In this document: positions 35,448 to 37,965 of the stretch, one piece after another
How the letters are laid out: each line of letters opens with the position of its first letter
Position numbering within the stretch: position 1 is the stretch's first letter
IMG/VR virus record: IMGVR_UViG_3300024325_000122
Location: 1-37,965 of that record
Direction: 5' to 3' (one strand)
DNA length: 37,965 nucleotides
DNA from: a virus
Lineage: Duplodnaviria; Caudoviricetes
Made by a program: the position numbers and the translations under genes
Notes under the pieces: generated by a model
Seen by the model: the letters and a program-made list of their open reading frames with translations, nothing else
Databases searched by the model: none
What the model was told of the DNA's origin: nothing

Positions 35448-35906
35448 CTACGACCTACCCTCGCGCTCTTCATCCCGAAGGCGCTCCCTCACCACGGACT
35501 CCAGGATCCAGATGCGCGCCAGAGGGTCCAGCGCACTAATCTCACTTTCGAGTTGCTTCCATTCGATCACGGGTACGTCGCTCCGGCTCCTCTCATTCTC
35601 TACGCCCTCTCGGACACCCTCCTCTGCCATAGCACCCATCACGATCGCCGGAAGAGATCTCGCCACTACCCTAAAGTCATCGAAGAACAAATCTGCGAGC
35701 GCCGTCTGGAACACTGGCCGATACTTGTCCACCATCCTCTCGGCCTGCGGCGCTGACGCCGACTCCAAGTAAACATACCGGTCAACAACCAACCGGAGCG
35801 CTTCGCTCCGGTTCAGTGTCGGCCACGAGTCGAGTAGCTCGATCGTCTGTCGAGGCAGCTGCACTGAGGTTCGTTCGAGGGGCTGTCGTGATGGTTTTGC
35901 TGGCAT
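35448..35906 (-). CDS. Ribbon-helix-helix-like regulator
   Basis: Start ATG 35906: RTSVQLPRQTIELLD...NRSEALRLVVDRY. Confidence 0.7.
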   Translation of the reverse strand: MPAKPSRQPLERTSVQLPRQTIELLDSWPTLNRSEALRLVVDRYVYLESASAPQAERMVDKYRPVFQTALADLFFDDFRVVARSLPAIVMGAMAEEGVREGVENERSRSDVPVIEWKQLESEISALDPLARIWILESVVRERLRDEEREGRS

Positions 35907-35930
35907 CGTCAATTCTCCGGCGCGGATCAT

Positions 35931-35973
35931 TGCATACCTAGGTGGACGAATGCAATACCTTGGTACGCATACC
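35931..35973. promoter_or_regulatory. Candidate operator repeats upstream of the RHH gene
   Basis: TGCATACC, TGCAATACC, CGCATACC with palindrome-like ACCTAGGT and TACCTTGGTA. Confidence 0.45.
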
Positions 35974-36146
35974 CTTTCGACCCCGCCAAACTTTCCGGTT
36001 TTCTCCAACTCTTCGGGAAGGAAGCTGAGTGTTTGGGCGGGGAGAGCGGAACCGATGCGAGTCACTTCAAAAGAAACCCGGCGAAACTGCACACCCTTCT
36101 GTGCACCTACCCTTGACGCCTTTGGGTTCCGAGCTACGGTCAGCCC

Positions 36147-36497
36147 GTGGCTATGGACCTCGTTCAAGTTGAAATCGATTCGGAGATCGAGCAGGGGAAA
36201 CCGCTCAAGGTTACCGGCGCGGTCGTCCGCATCCCACCGGAAGTGATCGACGAGCACGAGATCGTCTACCGGGTCCGGCGCGCGCCCGATATGGAGAAGG
36301 GTGACCTTCTGAACGTCGAGCCCCGGAACTCAGCGGCCACCGGGGAGCTCGTCGTCGCCTTCCTCGGACCCCGAGCCTACCTCGGCCACTGGTGGGCGAA
36401 GCACGGCCTCCGGGAGTTGCGACCTGTCCTCGGCGAAAGCATCACCGGGGAGCTTCAAATAGCCGGAGCCGTCACCGTGATCGTGAGGGAGTCATGA
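36147..36497 (+). CDS. Stand-alone S24/LexA C-terminal-like domain, catalytic residues degenerate
   Basis: YRVR...MEKGDLLNVEP...GELVVA...IAGAVT; TTGACG-16-TACGGT promoter 6 nt before the GTG. Confidence 0.6.
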   Translation: MAMDLVQVEIDSEIEQGKPLKVTGAVVRIPPEVIDEHEIVYRVRRAPDMEKGDLLNVEPRNSAATGELVVAFLGPRAYLGHWWAKHGLRELRPVLGESITGELQIAGAVTVIVRES

Positions 36498-36706
36498 CGA
36501 AGCTCGAAGCGTTCCTGAAGGCGAAGGGCATCAAACCCGCCCATCTCGCCCTGCATTCGGAGTACTCCCGCCAGCACCTTCTCCGGATTCGGAAAGGAAC
36601 GATGGAGCCCACCCGGAAGTGCATCAAGGCCGTCGTTTCAGCGTGTCGAAGGCTTGCCCGCGAGCCCGTCACGGCGTCCGATCTCTTCGACCTGGACGAG
36701 CCTTGA
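36494..36706 (+). CDS. XRE-type HTH protein
   Basis: ATG 36494: GIKPAHLALHSEYSRQHLLRIRKGTMEPT. Confidence 0.8.
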   Translation: MTKLEAFLKAKGIKPAHLALHSEYSRQHLLRIRKGTMEPTRKCIKAVVSACRRLAREPVTASDLFDLDEP

Positions 36707-36730
36707 CGATGCGCTAGAATTCCTCCCGAA

Positions 36731-36928
36731 ATGTCCAGCGACCAAAAAATCCGCGCAGTCAATGCCTGGAACGAACTCATGCTCACGATGGGAACGACGT
36801 TCGGTCTCCCGAAGGGCTTCGGCATCGAACTCTCTCCCCAGCTCTCCGAGTGGTTTAAGAGTGACGACCCGAATAAGGTCGAGAAGTTTATCGAATGGGT
36901 AGAAAAGACGACCGCTGAACTCAAGTAG
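36731..36928 (+). CDS. Hypothetical protein
   Basis: ATG ORF preceded by TAGAAT. Confidence 0.55.
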   Translation: MSSDQKIRAVNAWNELMLTMGTTFGLPKGFGIELSPQLSEWFKSDDPNKVEKFIEWVEKTTAELK

Positions 36929-36942
36929 AAAAAGGGAGCGCA

Positions 36943-37965
36943 TCACGCGCCCCCTTGAATCACTTTGAGCCTTGGCCTCTCTTGCTTCCACGTCGCCCGG
37001 ACCCTCTCCGTCAATCGGTCCTGCCTCGACTTCACCCAGGCGGAGTAGTGCTTCTCGCAGACCTTGACCGAATTCCCAAGGATCGCGGCAACGTCTTCCA
37101 TGGGAACGCCGTTCGACAGGAGGTCGCAGGCGAGAGAGTCGCGAAACCGATGCGCGACCATCATGTTCTGACCCTTCGAGACCTTCGCGTCCTTCAGAAC
37201 TTTCCGTAGCGTCCTCTGCCAGCTCGATACCGCCGAGAGAGCTTTCCCGTTCCCGGACCAGAAAAAGTAACGGGAGTTACTGTTCTTCGTGGCCTGGTAC
37301 CGGAGCGCATCAGCGACGTCAGGAGGAAGCGGCACGAAGACATCCTGTCCCGTCTTCTGCGTCCTAAGCATGAGGTCATCACCATGGAGCCTCTCCGTTT
37401 CGAGACAGGTTGCGTCCTGAATCCGAAGCCCGGAATGCCGGAGGAGAAGAACGAACGTCTTGATCCGCGCCGGCCGGTTGTGTCCGTGGTCTCCGTGATG
37501 CGAGTACGTTTCACACGCCGAGAGAATCCGTTCCATCTCCTCACGCGTGTATGGCAACGTCGGGGGTTCGTCGATCTCCGGAGCCTTGAAGTCAGCCGCC
37601 GTGTTCTTCGCGATCCAATCCGCCGCCGTGCAGAAGCCCATGAACTGCTTGAGGAGTTCGAGCCTCTTCGCCGCCGTCGCCGGTTTCATCTTCCACGAAG
37701 CCTTGAACCCGGCCAGCTCCGAGAACGTCAGTTGCTTTACGTACCGGAAGCCCTTGTCCTCGCACCAAGCGGGCAACTGACGGCCGATAAAGCGGCGGTA
37801 GAGCCTCAGAGACGCCTCGGCTAAGTTTCGCGACTCAGCCTCGGCGAGGAAGAGTTTCACGGCCTCCTCGATCGTCGCGAGCTTGACCATTCCGGCGCCG
37901 ATCTTCCCGGCCTTGGTCCACTCGCGGATTTCGTTCTCTGCCGCCTCCCACGACGTTTGATCCAT
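36943..37965 (-). CDS. int: Tyrosine recombinase/integrase (N-terminus may extend past the window)
   Basis: SGLR, QKTG, HRFRDS, LGNS...HY catalytic R-K-H-R-x-Y pattern. Confidence 0.93.
   Translation of the reverse strand: MDQTSWEAAENEIREWTKAGKIGAGMVKLATIEEAVKLFLAEAESRNLAEASLRLYRRFIGRQLPAWCEDKGFRYVKQLTFSELAGFKASWKMKPATAAKRLELLKQFMGFCTAADWIAKNTAADFKAPEIDEPPTLPYTREEMERILSACETYSHHGDHGHNRPARIKTFVLLLRHSGLRIQDATCLETERLHGDDLMLRTQKTGQDVFVPLPPDVADALRYQATKNSNSRYFFWSGNGKALSAVSSWQRTLRKVLKDAKVSKGQNMMVAHRFRDSLACDLLSNGVPMEDVAAILGNSVKVCEKHYSAWVKSRQDRLTERVRATWKQERPRLKVIQGGA

Larger units (their letters stand above)
1..37965. mobile_element. Temperate dsDNA tailed phage (prophage or excised circle), podovirus-like
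   Basis: Ordered terminase-portal-scaffold-capsid-tail-ejection-lysis genes plus a tyrosine integrase; no tape-measure or tail-tube gene seen. Confidence 0.93.

Noticed and set aside
35907-36257. N-terminal extension of the 269-aa minus ORF
   Set aside because: Overlaps the divergent promoter and the next gene; the RHH-like sequence starts at ATG 35906

Overview
The window holds most or all of a ~38 kb temperate tailed phage (prophage or excised circle), probably with a podovirus-like virion. From left to right: an early recombination module (PD-(D/E)XK exonuclease, putative ssDNA-binding protein, RusA-like resolvase, HerA/DUF87-like ATPase); a convergent DUF3800 + FRG cargo pair; terminase, portal, scaffold, cement and major capsid; fibre, short-tail and ejection proteins with no tape measure; a papain-like peptidase plus holin; a small SSB module; and a right-end block of regulators, a HEPN-like protein and a tyrosine integrase. 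I recognise no replication initiator, replicative helicase, primase or polymerase. The most striking signal is non-coding. A promoter-led, ~700 nt, densely base-paired region (33490-34200) contains a kissing-loop terminator, several closed multibranch domains and a tRNA-like T-arm, and sits just upstream of a small HNH gene. Hairpin loops in distant intergenic regions (1515, 15267, 17622, 32814) are complementary to one ~130 nt domain of it, which suggests an RNA-RNA regulatory network. Protein family calls come from motif recognition by eye, not database searches. RNA structures were paired by hand.
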